Positions 1 to 7,432 of a DNA stretch of 64,000 bases are shown here, piece by piece; position 1 is the first letter of the stretch, and each line of letters begins with the position of its first letter. Source of the stretch: Dehalococcoidia bacterium. GTDB lineage: Bacteria > Chloroflexota > Dehalococcoidia > Lucifugimonadales > JAGWBF01. Below the pieces are notes generated by a model. That model had not been told where the DNA came from and made no database searches. It saw only the letters and a program-made list of their open reading frames with translations. The stretch is from the NCBI GenBank assembly GCA_965197405.1, contig OZ240206.1, positions 3,275,096-3,339,095 of the forward strand, written 5' to 3'. Made by a program: the position numbers and the translations under genes.

Positions 1-339
1 CACTCTACCACCGGATGCGTCACAGTCCTGTAGGGGGGAATAGATAGCGACGATACGTCCCTATCTCCCCTCCATGCTGTCTGGGGGGTACAAAATGGCA
101 TCAGCGGGCCGATTGCCGGGGTCCGCCGACCCCCAAATCACTCCTGTTTGAGCTACGAAACGGGGGTGACGTGTCGCCTGACCGGTCAGGGACAATTATG
201 GGAAGCTGCGCTAAAATACAGGACGAGTCTGATGACAACTTGATTGCACTTTGGGAACCCTGACGTGTCAGCCGATAGGGAGGGAACTAGCTATGGCTGA
301 ACCTGTCCGGCGTGTCCGCAGAGCTGATCGGGGCAGGAT

Positions 340-575
340 TTGGCGTGTCGGCGGCATCCGCGGCCCAGTTTGGTCCATCAGTTTTGGCGCGAAACGATGT
401 GGGGGAGGGCGACGCGATTTTGGGTGGGCGGGCAGAAACGGACATCCTGGGCCAGCCAGCTAGGAATTTGCGCCACATTCGGAGGAAATTAACGGGAACG
501 AGTGAACACTTTGAGTAAGGGCTGGTTCCGGCGAAAAGTGGATGAAATTGCAAAAGCGGGCCACCCCTGTAGAGG
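340..575 (-). repeat. Inverted copy of the non-coding M module (upstream region of the regulator family). It forms the left arm of a long inverted repeat around 582..1500.
   Basis: The reverse complement matches 1590-1865. For example, 500-531 GAGTGAACACTTTGAGTAAGGGCTGGTTCCGG matches the reverse complement of 1661-1690 CCGGAACGCACCCTTTCTAAAAGTGTTCGC. Shadow ORFs 251..463(+) and 1595..2128(-) both translate to GPVW..RCGGG..GHPGP. The repeat is imperfect and its extent is approximate. Confidence 0.6.
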
Positions 576-581
576 ATGGAA

Positions 582-1046
582 ATGAGTGACGGACGGGCAT
601 CGAGGGCCGACGACGATAGGCCCGACCTCAAGTGGGTCGTGGAGTGGCTGGTCGAGCGGGAAGGACAGCGCAAGACGGCGGCCCTCCTGGGTGTGAACCG
701 AAAGACGGTGGCGCTGGCCCTGCGCCGGGAGCGGTTGACGGGCAATATGGCCCTTGCCGTCCGGCGGCTCATGGCCAACCTGGACGACCCGGAGTGGGAG
801 AGGACGCCGCCGCTGGACAGGTTGGAGGCGAGGATACAGGTGGCGCTCGAAGCGGCGCACGAACTGGCGGCGCTGGTGGAGAGTCTGACGCAGCGCGTGG
901 AGGCCCTGGAGGCGGCACGGGAGCCCGAGGACGACGCTATCAGCCAGGAGTCGGCGGATGCGCCCGACGCTGAGGGGCGGGGTCTGCGTCTGTTCAACTG
1001 GAGGCGGAGGCGTCAGTCGCAGGGCGAGGAAAAGAGCGATGGATGA
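582..1046 (+). CDS. Small HTH plus coiled-coil regulator-like protein, a short paralogue of 29417..30268 and 53756..54595
   Basis: HTH-like KTAALLGVNRKTVALALRR, then a heptad-rich helix (LEARIQVALEAAHELAALVESLTQRVEALEAA). The start was moved to the second ATG (582), behind GAGGA. The stop overlaps the next start (ATGGATGA). The upstream TTGCAAAAG box resembles TTTGCAGAGGGAG upstream of the paralogues. Confidence 0.6.
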   Translation: MSDGRASRADDDRPDLKWVVEWLVEREGQRKTAALLGVNRKTVALALRRERLTGNMALAVRRLMANLDDPEWERTPPLDRLEARIQVALEAAHELAALVESLTQRVEALEAAREPEDDAISQESADAPDAEGRGLRLFNWRRRRQSQGEEKSDG

Positions 1047-1500
1047 GCCCGTCCGCTGGGTGACGAAGGCGGAGGCCGCTGAGGAGCTGGAGGTCTCCCT
1101 CTCGACTCTGGACCGGAAGATCAGGCAGGGAGAGGTGGAGGTCCGCAGGGAGGGCCGCCGGGTGTTCGTGCGGATGGCGGGGGAGTACATCACCGACGAG
1201 GAGCTGCTGCGCCGGACGATCAACAGGGAGCATGAGCTTGAGGGGACCGTGCGGGAGTTGGAGCAGAGCGTATCCGAGTGGAAGCTGAGAGCGTCCGAGT
1301 TGGAGCGGGAGCGAGACGAGGCCAGGGAGGCCGCAGCCACTGCCAGAGGGCCGTATGTGAAGCTTGAGTTGGAGCACCAGAGGGAGGTCTCCGACCACGA
1401 GGTGACGACGTTAGCGCTCAACGTCTTCCGCGTGGCCGCCATTGTGCTGCTCGTGCTGCTGGTCGGCAGCGTCCTCCTGTGGTGGTTTGTGCTGAGGTAG
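1039..1500 (+). CDS. MerR/excisionase-type HTH protein with a coiled coil and a C-terminal membrane helix
   Basis: WVTKAEAAEELEVSLSTLDRKIRQGEVEV is a typical excisionase/MerR-like HTH. Central ELE/ERE heptads are present. The C-terminal VAAIVLLVLLVGSVLLWWFVL is hydrophobic. ATG 1039 overlaps the upstream stop. Confidence 0.6.
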   Translation: MDEPVRWVTKAEAAEELEVSLSTLDRKIRQGEVEVRREGRRVFVRMAGEYITDEELLRRTINREHELEGTVRELEQSVSEWKLRASELERERDEAREAAATARGPYVKLELEHQREVSDHEVTTLALNVFRVAAIVLLVLLVGSVLLWWFVLR

Positions 1501-1544
1501 GGGAAGCGCTGTCGGCCCGTCACCTCGGTCTCCGTCTCCGTCTT

Positions 1545-1865
1545 CAAGGGACGTAACGCACCCCCACTTCAATCGCCTTTTCGGGGGCCTAATGTCATTG
1601 GGACCCCGCTCCAACCGGACGGCTGATGTCATTCCCCACGTTTGGCGATGTCATTGCCGTCCGGAACGCACCCTTTCTAAAAGTGTTCGCTGGATTTGTC
1701 CGACATACCCCCGAAATCAGCCCGTTTGCATAGCTGAGTGGCCCCGGATGTCCGCTTCTCCCCCAGGTCCCATTTTCGTGTACTCCCCCTCCACATCGAC
1801 CGGCGGCCAACCGGATGGGCCAAACGGGGCCGCCGTCCCCACCGGTTCGGAGCCCCGGGAGACCG
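1545..1865 (+). repeat. M module, direct copy; right arm of the inverted repeat
   Basis: 1545-1700 aligns with 30352-30507 at high identity (GGGACGTnAnGCACCCCCACTTCAATCGC...AATGTCATTGGGA...GATGTCATTCCCCACGTTTGGCGATGTCATTGCCGTCCGGAACGCA...AAAGTGTTC). 1590-1865 is the reverse complement of 340-575. Confidence 0.75.
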
Positions 1866-3014
1866 GCATCGAGACCCCGATCCACCGCCAACAGACCCCG
1901 CCGCATGGTTGACGTGTCACCATGTCCCGGCCCCGGTGAGCGCTGCGTCAGCGCCCCTTCCGAGGGACTGGGAGCGCCGTTTCCGCCGCGTCCTGCACCC
2001 CCACGTCCATCCCCTTCCGCGCCCCGTTTTCCGTCGCACCCGCCCTTTTGCCGCCGCGTCATGCCCACCACCATCCAACGAGTTTCGTTGGATTTGGCCT
2101 GAACGCGCCCTTTCAACGAAGTGTTCACTTTTCTTCTCCTGTAGGGCGCGATTTACCCCTGCCCCAGCTATGAAATTGCCCCTGCGTCCACTTCGCCGTC
2201 AAACGCAATACCCTGTACAGCCCCTCCACATGGTCCGCACCCCTCCATGTCGGCGGAGCCTGGAAGGTGCATCACACGCGATGCACTTTATGAGGGACAT
2301 GCGCCACAGCCCGACCAGATGCAGATATCGCCCGGGCATACTCCGCAGGGGCAGGCCCTGGTTATCCCGACCCGGTGATCACCGGCGCCGCCGCCGGGAC
2401 CACCACCCCCACATCCTTTAGGGCTCCCATAGGGGAAGTGAACCCTCCCCCAAATCGCCTCTGCGGTCTCCCGGACTGCTCGCTCCCATTTAGCTCCGGG
2501 CCGGGCTGGGACGTGGTTTCATACCTGGCGACCGCCCCGACTTCCCTTTTGGGAACTGACGCCCAAATCGGGTGAACCAGCCCTTACCAGAAAGTGCTCG
2601 CAACAACGGCCCCGACTTCCCTATTTTCGTCCTGTTTCAGGTTCAAAACATCCCCCGATTTCCCTTTTGGGAACTGACGCCATTCCTTGTACACGGGTAT
2701 GACATCAGATCCGGCTCCTGAAGGGGAAATTGACGGCCACCCAACAGCCTGCGCAGCTACGGATGGCCCTGCGGAGGGTCGATTTGGCCCGACATGGCCG
2801 ATATGCGGCCGGTACCACCCGCTTGCCGACTTCCCTTTTGGGAACTGGACCCCCAATTTTGAGGAATCAGACCTTACGCGACGCTCCTCTGAAGACCCCG
2901 GCTCTCCCGCTCCAAACTGCTCGCTCCGGTTTAGCAGACTGCCCCGTTCACCCCGATTTCAGCTACGAAACCGCCCGAGCTGCAACTTCACGATTCACCC
3001 AATCTCCTGTACAC
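1683..3014 (+). repeat. Gene-free array of diverged ~100-nt units (GTGTTCRC / TCCTGTAGRGG / hairpin / CAGCTACGAAAC / CTCCTGTACAC)
   Basis: The best units are 2121-2220 and a half unit at 2960-3014, with degenerate units at 1683-1784 and 2470-2700. The same ordered motifs with the same ~100-nt span occur at 30490-30590, 31021-31120 and 54729-54829. ORFs on the track here are low-complexity P/R/G shadows. Confidence 0.65.
2535..2852 (+). repeat. Three and a half copies of a palindromic box, CCCGACTTCCCTTTTGGGAACTGAC
   Basis: Copies lie at 2535-2563, 2652-2681 and 2824-2852, with a half copy at 2610-2640. The core TTCCC-TTTT-GGGAA is a perfect 5-bp dyad. Confidence 0.7.
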
Positions 3015-3097
3015 GGGTGAGACCCCGCCATGTCCCCTGGAATCTCGCGCCCCAAGAGGGGGTTTGTCCGCGTGCTCTGCGCCAGCGCCGGAGACGC

Positions 3098-3146
3098 TTG
3101 ACAGGGGTGTCGGAAATGGCGCAATATCTTGGTAAGACTCGATAAC
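3098..3146 (+). promoter_or_regulatory. Candidate promoter plus GGTAAGACTCGATAAC box upstream of the RHH-PIN operon
   Basis: TTGACA (3098-3103), an 18-nt spacer, then CAATAT (3122-3127). The box at 3131-3146 recurs upstream of rec1 (5702-5717) and partly upstream of the second RHH gene (33687-33704). Confidence 0.35.
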
Positions 3147-3159
3147 AAGGGGTTTGAAC

Positions 3160-3417
3160 ATGCCGCGAACGACCAAGACCATTACTTTCTCGTTGCCGCC
3201 GGAGATGGCCGACAGGGTGGACGAGGTGATGAAGCAGCAGGGACGGTCCCGGAGCGAATTCCTCCGGGAGGCCGTGCTCCGCTACATCGAGGAGTGCGAG
3301 TGGAGACAACTGCTCCAGTACGGAGAGGCGAAGGCCAGGGAGAAGGGCATCGGTCCCGATGACGTGTCCCGGCTGGTGGAAGAGTACCGGGCTGAGGTTG
3401 GCTCGGTCCGTGCATGA
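3160..3417 (+). CDS. Ribbon-helix-helix (CopG/MetJ-type) antitoxin
   Basis: MPRTTKTITFSLPPEMADRVDEVMKQQGRSRSEFLREAVLRYI is a classic RHH beta-strand plus two helices. Its stop overlaps the PIN start (ATGA). The start is taken at ATG 3160 rather than TTG 3154. Confidence 0.8.
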   Translation: MPRTTKTITFSLPPEMADRVDEVMKQQGRSRSEFLREAVLRYIEECEWRQLLQYGEAKAREKGIGPDDVSRLVEEYRAEVGSVRA

Positions 3418-3821
3418 GAGTCGTCCTCGACACCAACGTCATAGTCTCCGGCCTGAACTTCCCCGGCAATGAGCGCCTGGTGCTCGAACTGGCTCTCAGG
3501 GGACGGTTCGAGCTTTATGTGTCCACCTTCATCCTGGAGGAAGCTGCCGGGGTGCTGGGGCGTAAGTTCGATTGGGACGCGGAACGCTCGTCCCAGGCTC
3601 TCAGCGCGCTTGGGAATGCCGCGACGGTCATCTACCCCCGTAGACTCCCGGAGGTGATCGAGGGGGGCCACGCCGACAACCGCATCCTGGAGTGTGCCGT
3701 GGAGGCTTCCGCCGATTACCTGGTCACCGGCGACCGGCGGCACCTGTTGCCGCTTGGGACACACGAGGGAGTGAGAATCCTCAACGCTCCCCGCTTCCTG
3801 TCGGCGCTGGGAGAAGGATGA
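3414..3821 (+). CDS. PIN-domain toxin (VapC-like ribonuclease)
   Basis: MRVVLDTNVIVSG (first acidic residue). It continues ...LEEA..., ...ADNRILECAVEASADYLVTGDRRHLL, the PIN acidic quartet pattern. It is 135 aa and coupled to the RHH gene. Confidence 0.8.
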   Translation: MRVVLDTNVIVSGLNFPGNERLVLELALRGRFELYVSTFILEEAAGVLGRKFDWDAERSSQALSALGNAATVIYPRRLPEVIEGGHADNRILECAVEASADYLVTGDRRHLLPLGTHEGVRILNAPRFLSALGEG

Positions 3822-3879
3822 CACCAGACTGTATCTGGCCGACTTCGTTCGTTGAAGAATTTAGCAAGGAGGTGTTTTG

Positions 3880-5013
3880 ATGTCGCGAAAGTCATCAAAG
3901 CGCACCCCACATGACGAAGCGGTGGCAATCATCGAGCAACTCGTGACCAAGAACCTGGGAGGAAACCTCGAAGCCACGGCGTCATGTAACCAGTGCAGAG
4001 AAGAGCTTACGATAAACCTCGTAGCAGGAGGTTCCAGCGTCAGCCGAGAGAAGCTCGTGGGAACGGTGCGCCCCGACATCAGCCTGCTCGATGAGAATGG
4101 CGAGCCTGTCAGGTTCATAGAAGTGGTGGACAGCCATGCTCCCGAGGGGACGGTCCATGAGCAGGCCCTGCAAGAAGGCACTGAGGTGGTAGAAATCCAT
4201 CTAAGGGCCGAAAGGGAGTTCACAGGGAGAAGAAGGAACAAGGCTCTGGACGCGTCCCTGACAGCCAAAGCGAGATTAGAGGAGCTCGCCGCTGGACGGA
4301 TAGTTCTAGACGCCCACAACCTTCTTTGCCGCAGACCCAAGTGCAGGGAGTGTGACGCACCGCTACCGCTGAGAACGGTAACGGTCAGCACGAAGGACTG
4401 CTGGAAATGCGGCCAGAACGTGAACGTCGCTACGGGAGACAAAGACGGTGGGAGCCTTGAGCAAGACTATTTCACCACCGAGGAGATCGAATTCGCTCGG
4501 GAGAATGGGGTAACTCTGGAGCGCAGATTCAGCTCCACCGTTGGAGGAAAGTACCTGGCTAACGTGTGCACCGGGTGCGATCAAATCCAAGGGAACTGGT
4601 TCCTGTACATGGACCCGTATCACGACAGGTTCAATCTACACAAGGCGGAGCGACAGGTATACGGACCCTGCGACCGGTGCGCCACCCGCTACTGTATGAG
4701 TCATGGGGAGTACATGGACTATAGAGGCAGCAGCCAATGCCCGTCCTGCCTGGAAGAAGCAGAAAGAGTCATGTGCCCGAACAACCCGGACAGAGAATGC
4801 TTCTATCCCCAAAGGTGTGAAGAGGGCGGGTGCTACTTCCTGAACCGGGAACAACAGAGACGAGAGCAGCTAGAGCAGGCGGAACAGCAGCAACGGATAG
4901 AGCAGGAACGTCGCGAGCAGCAGCAACGGGAACGGCAAGAGCAGCGCGAACAAGAGCAGCGCCAATGGGCAGAGCTTCAGGAATGGTTCGACCAACGTCA
5001 AGGGCCGAGTTGA
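3880..5013 (+). CDS. Cys-rich multi-zinc-ribbon protein with an N-terminal CoiA/PD-(D/E)xK-like segment and a Q/E/R-rich tail
   Basis: CNQC..., then VRPDISLLDENGEPVRFIEVVDSH (a D...E-x-x nuclease-like core). Several CxxC pairs are present (CRRPKCREC, CWKCG, CTGCD, CDRC, CPSC). The C-terminal ~50 aa read REQQRREQLEQAEQQQRIEQERREQQQRERQEQREQEQRQ. AAGGAGG lies 10 nt upstream of ATG 3880. Confidence 0.6.
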   Translation: MSRKSSKRTPHDEAVAIIEQLVTKNLGGNLEATASCNQCREELTINLVAGGSSVSREKLVGTVRPDISLLDENGEPVRFIEVVDSHAPEGTVHEQALQEGTEVVEIHLRAEREFTGRRRNKALDASLTAKARLEELAAGRIVLDAHNLLCRRPKCRECDAPLPLRTVTVSTKDCWKCGQNVNVATGDKDGGSLEQDYFTTEEIEFARENGVTLERRFSSTVGGKYLANVCTGCDQIQGNWFLYMDPYHDRFNLHKAERQVYGPCDRCATRYCMSHGEYMDYRGSSQCPSCLEEAERVMCPNNPDRECFYPQRCEEGGCYFLNREQQRREQLEQAEQQQRIEQERREQQQRERQEQREQEQRQWAELQEWFDQRQGPS

Positions 5014-5014
5014 C

Positions 5015-5641
5015 ATGATTGACATTGACGGTCTTATGGGGAGCCTGGCGGACTCGCGGAAGGTGTTTCATTCGGAAGCAGACTTCCAGCACGCCCTGGC
5101 ATGGCATATGCACCAGGCCATGCCGGAAAGCCAGGTCAGGTTAGAGGTCGATGTCATGCAGGTAGAACACCAGAGGAGGTTCCTAGACATCTGGCTTCCG
5201 TTGGAAGGGATCGCTATCGAATTGAAGTACAAGACTCGGGGATTGGAACTGGAGCAAGACGACGAGCCCTTTGTCCTCCGCAACCAAAGCGCACAAGACC
5301 AAGGGCGGTATGACTTTCTCCTCGACATTCAGAGACTTGAGCTTATGCGCTCTAATCTGGAGCAATGCAAGGCTGCATATGCTGTGTTGCTGACCAACGA
5401 CTCTTCATACTGGAAGGTTCCCACGCAAAGAGACACGGTGGACGCCGACTTTCGTGTACACGAGGGGCGGGCGGTTTCGGGAGCATTGGCGTGGACGGCC
5501 CGGGCGAGTTCGGGAACGGTCCGGGGCCGAGAATCGCCGATACAGATACGGGACTCTTATCGTCTTCGCTGGCGGGAGTATTCCAACTTCCCTGGGAAGT
5601 CATACGGCAGCTTCCGGTATCTTGCGGTTTCAGTGGAGTGA
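5015..5641 (+). CDS. PD-(D/E)xK nuclease-fold protein
   Basis: RRFLDIWLPLEGIAIELKYKT gives a D...E-x-K motif in the usual beta-strand context. The ATG lies 1 nt after the upstream TGA (TGACATG), so the two genes are coupled. Confidence 0.6.
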   Translation: MIDIDGLMGSLADSRKVFHSEADFQHALAWHMHQAMPESQVRLEVDVMQVEHQRRFLDIWLPLEGIAIELKYKTRGLELEQDDEPFVLRNQSAQDQGRYDFLLDIQRLELMRSNLEQCKAAYAVLLTNDSSYWKVPTQRDTVDADFRVHEGRAVSGALAWTARASSGTVRGRESPIQIRDSYRLRWREYSNFPGKSYGSFRYLAVSVE

Positions 5642-5737
5642 TAGAGGCAGCGGCCGACAGCCGTTCCTTGACAATGGCCCCCTGGGTGAGTCATGATACT
5701 GAGTAAGACTCGGTAATTACAGGCAATGGAGGACAGC

Positions 5738-7390
5738 ATGAAGAAGCATCTACAGCCCCTAACGCCGGCGGCCCTCTACGCCAGGGTGTCCAGCGACCGG
5801 CAGGACGTGGACCTGTCCGTGTCCGCCCAGCTACGGGCGCTCAAGGAATACGCCAGGGCCAACGACTACTCCGTGGCCCGCGAGTACGTGGACGAGGCCG
5901 AGAGCGGCCGCGTCGCCGACAGGCCCCAGTTCAGGGAGATGATCGAGGAGGGCGGCAAGCCGAAGGCCCCCTTCGACGTGATCCTCGTATGGAAATTCAG
6001 CCGCTTCACCCGCAAGCGCGAGCACGCCGTAGCCTTCAAGTCCCAGCTGCGGCGCAAGGGCATCCGGGTGGTGTCCATCACCGAGCAGGCCGAGGACAAC
6101 GCCACCGGCAGGCTGCTTGAGGGAATCATCGAGAGCGTGGACGAATATTACAGCGAGAATTTGGCGCAGGAGGTCGTCCGGGGGATGAGGGAGGCCGCTT
6201 CCAGGGGCTTCTTCCTCGGCTCCAACGCCCCCTTCGGCTACAGGAAGATCAAGGTCAGCGACGGGGCGAAGGAGCGCCCCACCCTTGAGGTTGACCCGGC
6301 CACAGCCCCCGTGGTGCGGGAGCTATTCGAGAAGTCCCTGCGGGGCAGCGGCCTCAAGGAGCTATGCAAGGAGCTGAACGACCAGGGCATCACCAACAGG
6401 GGCAAGCGCTGGTACAAGGGAACGCTCCACTACGTGCTGCGAAACGAGGCGTACACCGGCACCGCCGTATGGGGCAAGAGCAGCAAGGGCCAGGAAGCCG
6501 CCGACCCTGTGCGTGTTGAGGGAGCGTGGCCCGCGCTGGTGTCGAGAGAGCTGTTCGAGGACGTGCAGCAGGCGATGAGCGAGCGCGCCCCGAAGGTGCA
6601 GAGGCCCGGTAGAGTTGGGAGCAAGTTCCTGCTGAGCGGGTTGCTCAAGTGCGGGGTGTGCGGCAGGCCCTACTCGGCCCAGGGAGCCAAGAGCGGCCAG
6701 TTCGCCTACTACATCTGCGGGACCCTGTTCAGGGAGGGAGCGGGGACGTGCAGCGCCCGCTACCTGAACGCCCCGAAGCTGGAGACGTTCGTGGTGGAGA
6801 AGATCAGGGAGCGTATCCTCAACGAGGAGACCATCGTGGCCCTCGTGACGCTGGTGGCCGAGGAGATCGACGCGATGGCCGGCGAGCTGTCCGGCAGGCT
6901 GAAGGTCGTCGAGGCGGAGCTATCCGACGTGAGGAAGCGTCTTGAGAAGCTCTACGAGGCCATTGAGACGAGCGAGTTGACCCTGGAGGTCCTGTCGCCC
7001 CGCATCATGTCTCTGAGGCACCGTGAGGAGCAGCTGGAGGCTGCGAGAGAGGACGCCGAGACCCAGATTGAGCAGAGGAGAGTGGAGCTGCCCAACACCG
7101 AGGAGGTAGCGCGGTACGTGGCTGACTTCCGGGACTTCCTGAAGGATGGGACGATCCCCGAGCGGAAGGCGCTCATCCGCAACTTCGTTGAGGGCATCAA
7201 GGTGACTGGTGACGAGGCTACGCTGACGTACACGGTCCCCATGCCGAGCGACGGAGCGATCTCGGAATCGGCCTCGGTTCTTGATTTCGTCAAGTCCAGC
7301 CCACCACCGCTTACGGTAGATACCGCCATCTTCGAGATGTCGCTCGGCAGCCTGTCGGCGCACCGAGGTCTGTCGATTCCTGTAGTGTGA
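5738..7390 (+). CDS. Large serine recombinase (rec1)
   Basis: The resolvase catalytic N-terminus reads AALYARVSSDRQDVDLSVSAQ. A recombinase domain follows, then a zinc ribbon (CGVCGRPY...YYICG...C) and a long coiled coil. The start is taken at ATG 5738, just after GGAGGA. It is paralogous to 33937..35619. Confidence 0.9.
   Translation: MKKHLQPLTPAALYARVSSDRQDVDLSVSAQLRALKEYARANDYSVAREYVDEAESGRVADRPQFREMIEEGGKPKAPFDVILVWKFSRFTRKREHAVAFKSQLRRKGIRVVSITEQAEDNATGRLLEGIIESVDEYYSENLAQEVVRGMREAASRGFFLGSNAPFGYRKIKVSDGAKERPTLEVDPATAPVVRELFEKSLRGSGLKELCKELNDQGITNRGKRWYKGTLHYVLRNEAYTGTAVWGKSSKGQEAADPVRVEGAWPALVSRELFEDVQQAMSERAPKVQRPGRVGSKFLLSGLLKCGVCGRPYSAQGAKSGQFAYYICGTLFREGAGTCSARYLNAPKLETFVVEKIRERILNEETIVALVTLVAEEIDAMAGELSGRLKVVEAELSDVRKRLEKLYEAIETSELTLEVLSPRIMSLRHREEQLEAAREDAETQIEQRRVELPNTEEVARYVADFRDFLKDGTIPERKALIRNFVEGIKVTGDEATLTYTVPMPSDGAISESASVLDFVKSSPPPLTVDTAIFEMSLGSLSAHRGLSIPVV
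7296..7330 (+). other. att-like core inside the rec1 3' end
   Basis: CCACCACCGCTTACGGTAGATACC aligns codon for codon with rec2 (CCACCAAACTTGACGGTAGACAGA) and rec3 (GGACTTCCGTTTACGGAAGATACC). Similarity between the three genes stops just downstream. Confidence 0.45.
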
Positions 7391-7432
7391 TGCGTGGGGG
7401 TGGAGGAACGCAAGGTTAGAGAGGGCCTACGC

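Noticed and set aside
489-1547. A 352-aa minus-strand ORF spanning the HTH cassette, starting right next to the direct M module.
   Set aside because: It is Ser/Thr/Arg/Pro-rich with no recognisable domain. The two plus-strand genes it overlaps have HTH and coiled-coil signatures and coupled start/stop codons.
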